The notes under the pieces were generated by a model. The model had not been told where the DNA came from, searched no databases, and saw only the letters and a list, made by a program, of their open reading frames with translations. A stretch of DNA of 64,000 nucleotides from Tubiluchus corallicola (lineage: Eukaryota; Animalia; Priapulida), in NCBI GenBank assembly GCA_030141605.1, contig JAQGDQ010000579.1:62001-126000 (forward strand), read 5' to 3'. Shown piece after piece: positions 63,695-64,000 of this stretch (its first letter is position 1; every line of letters starts with the position of its first letter). Both the position numbers and the translations under genes were made by a program.

Positions 63695-64000
63695 TATATG
63701 TATACAGTTACATGCCTTTTATTTTTAAAGGTGGAAATTGAAACAAACCCCGTCTAAGTAGGTGCAAACAGCTAACCTGGTTTTCAAAGCACATCCCGAC
63801 AAGACTTTAAAATATCGTTTCAAGAGATGTGATAGAATGATATGGCTTGTGTAGTGTCATGTTATTGTAGGCTTCTTGGGTGTTTGCGGTCTTGTAGAAT
63901 TGGACTCATAGATTGCCATCATAACCAAATCTCAAATGTTTTTGTTCTAGCATATAAGGTTTTTCTAATTTTCTGTGCTTGTCTCTGTTATTTCCTGATT

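Overview
AT-rich genomic DNA from an invertebrate animal, with GT-AG introns and many transposons. I reconstructed three spliced protein-coding genes by hand. (1) A complete DDX6/Me31B DEAD-box helicase on the minus strand (10 coding exons, 471 aa, plus likely non-coding 5' and 3' exons). (2) A complete, unnamed secreted protein on the minus strand: signal peptide, 2 CUB, 11 EGF, PAN/Apple (17 exons, 768 aa). Eight of its EGF exons come from a recent ~742-760 bp exon+intron tandem amplification. (3) The first four coding exons of a V-ATPase V0 subunit a gene on the plus strand. Intron 2 of the CUB-EGF gene holds nested elements. A long solo LTR is interrupted by a related, internally deleted LTR element that carries a baculovirus-F/errantivirus-type env fragment, and by a hAT MITE. 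Both LTR insertions appear to have non-canonical 3' ends (not CA). The window also contains a 5S-rRNA-headed SINE with RTE-like body, MetaSINE-like tRNA SINEs, MITEs with visible TSDs (hAT, MULE, Tc1/pogo, Kolobok-like), a hAT-like element carrying a 60-bp satellite (two copies), a degenerate hammerhead-like motif, and several mini- and microsatellites. All calls come from manual reading; no database searches were run.
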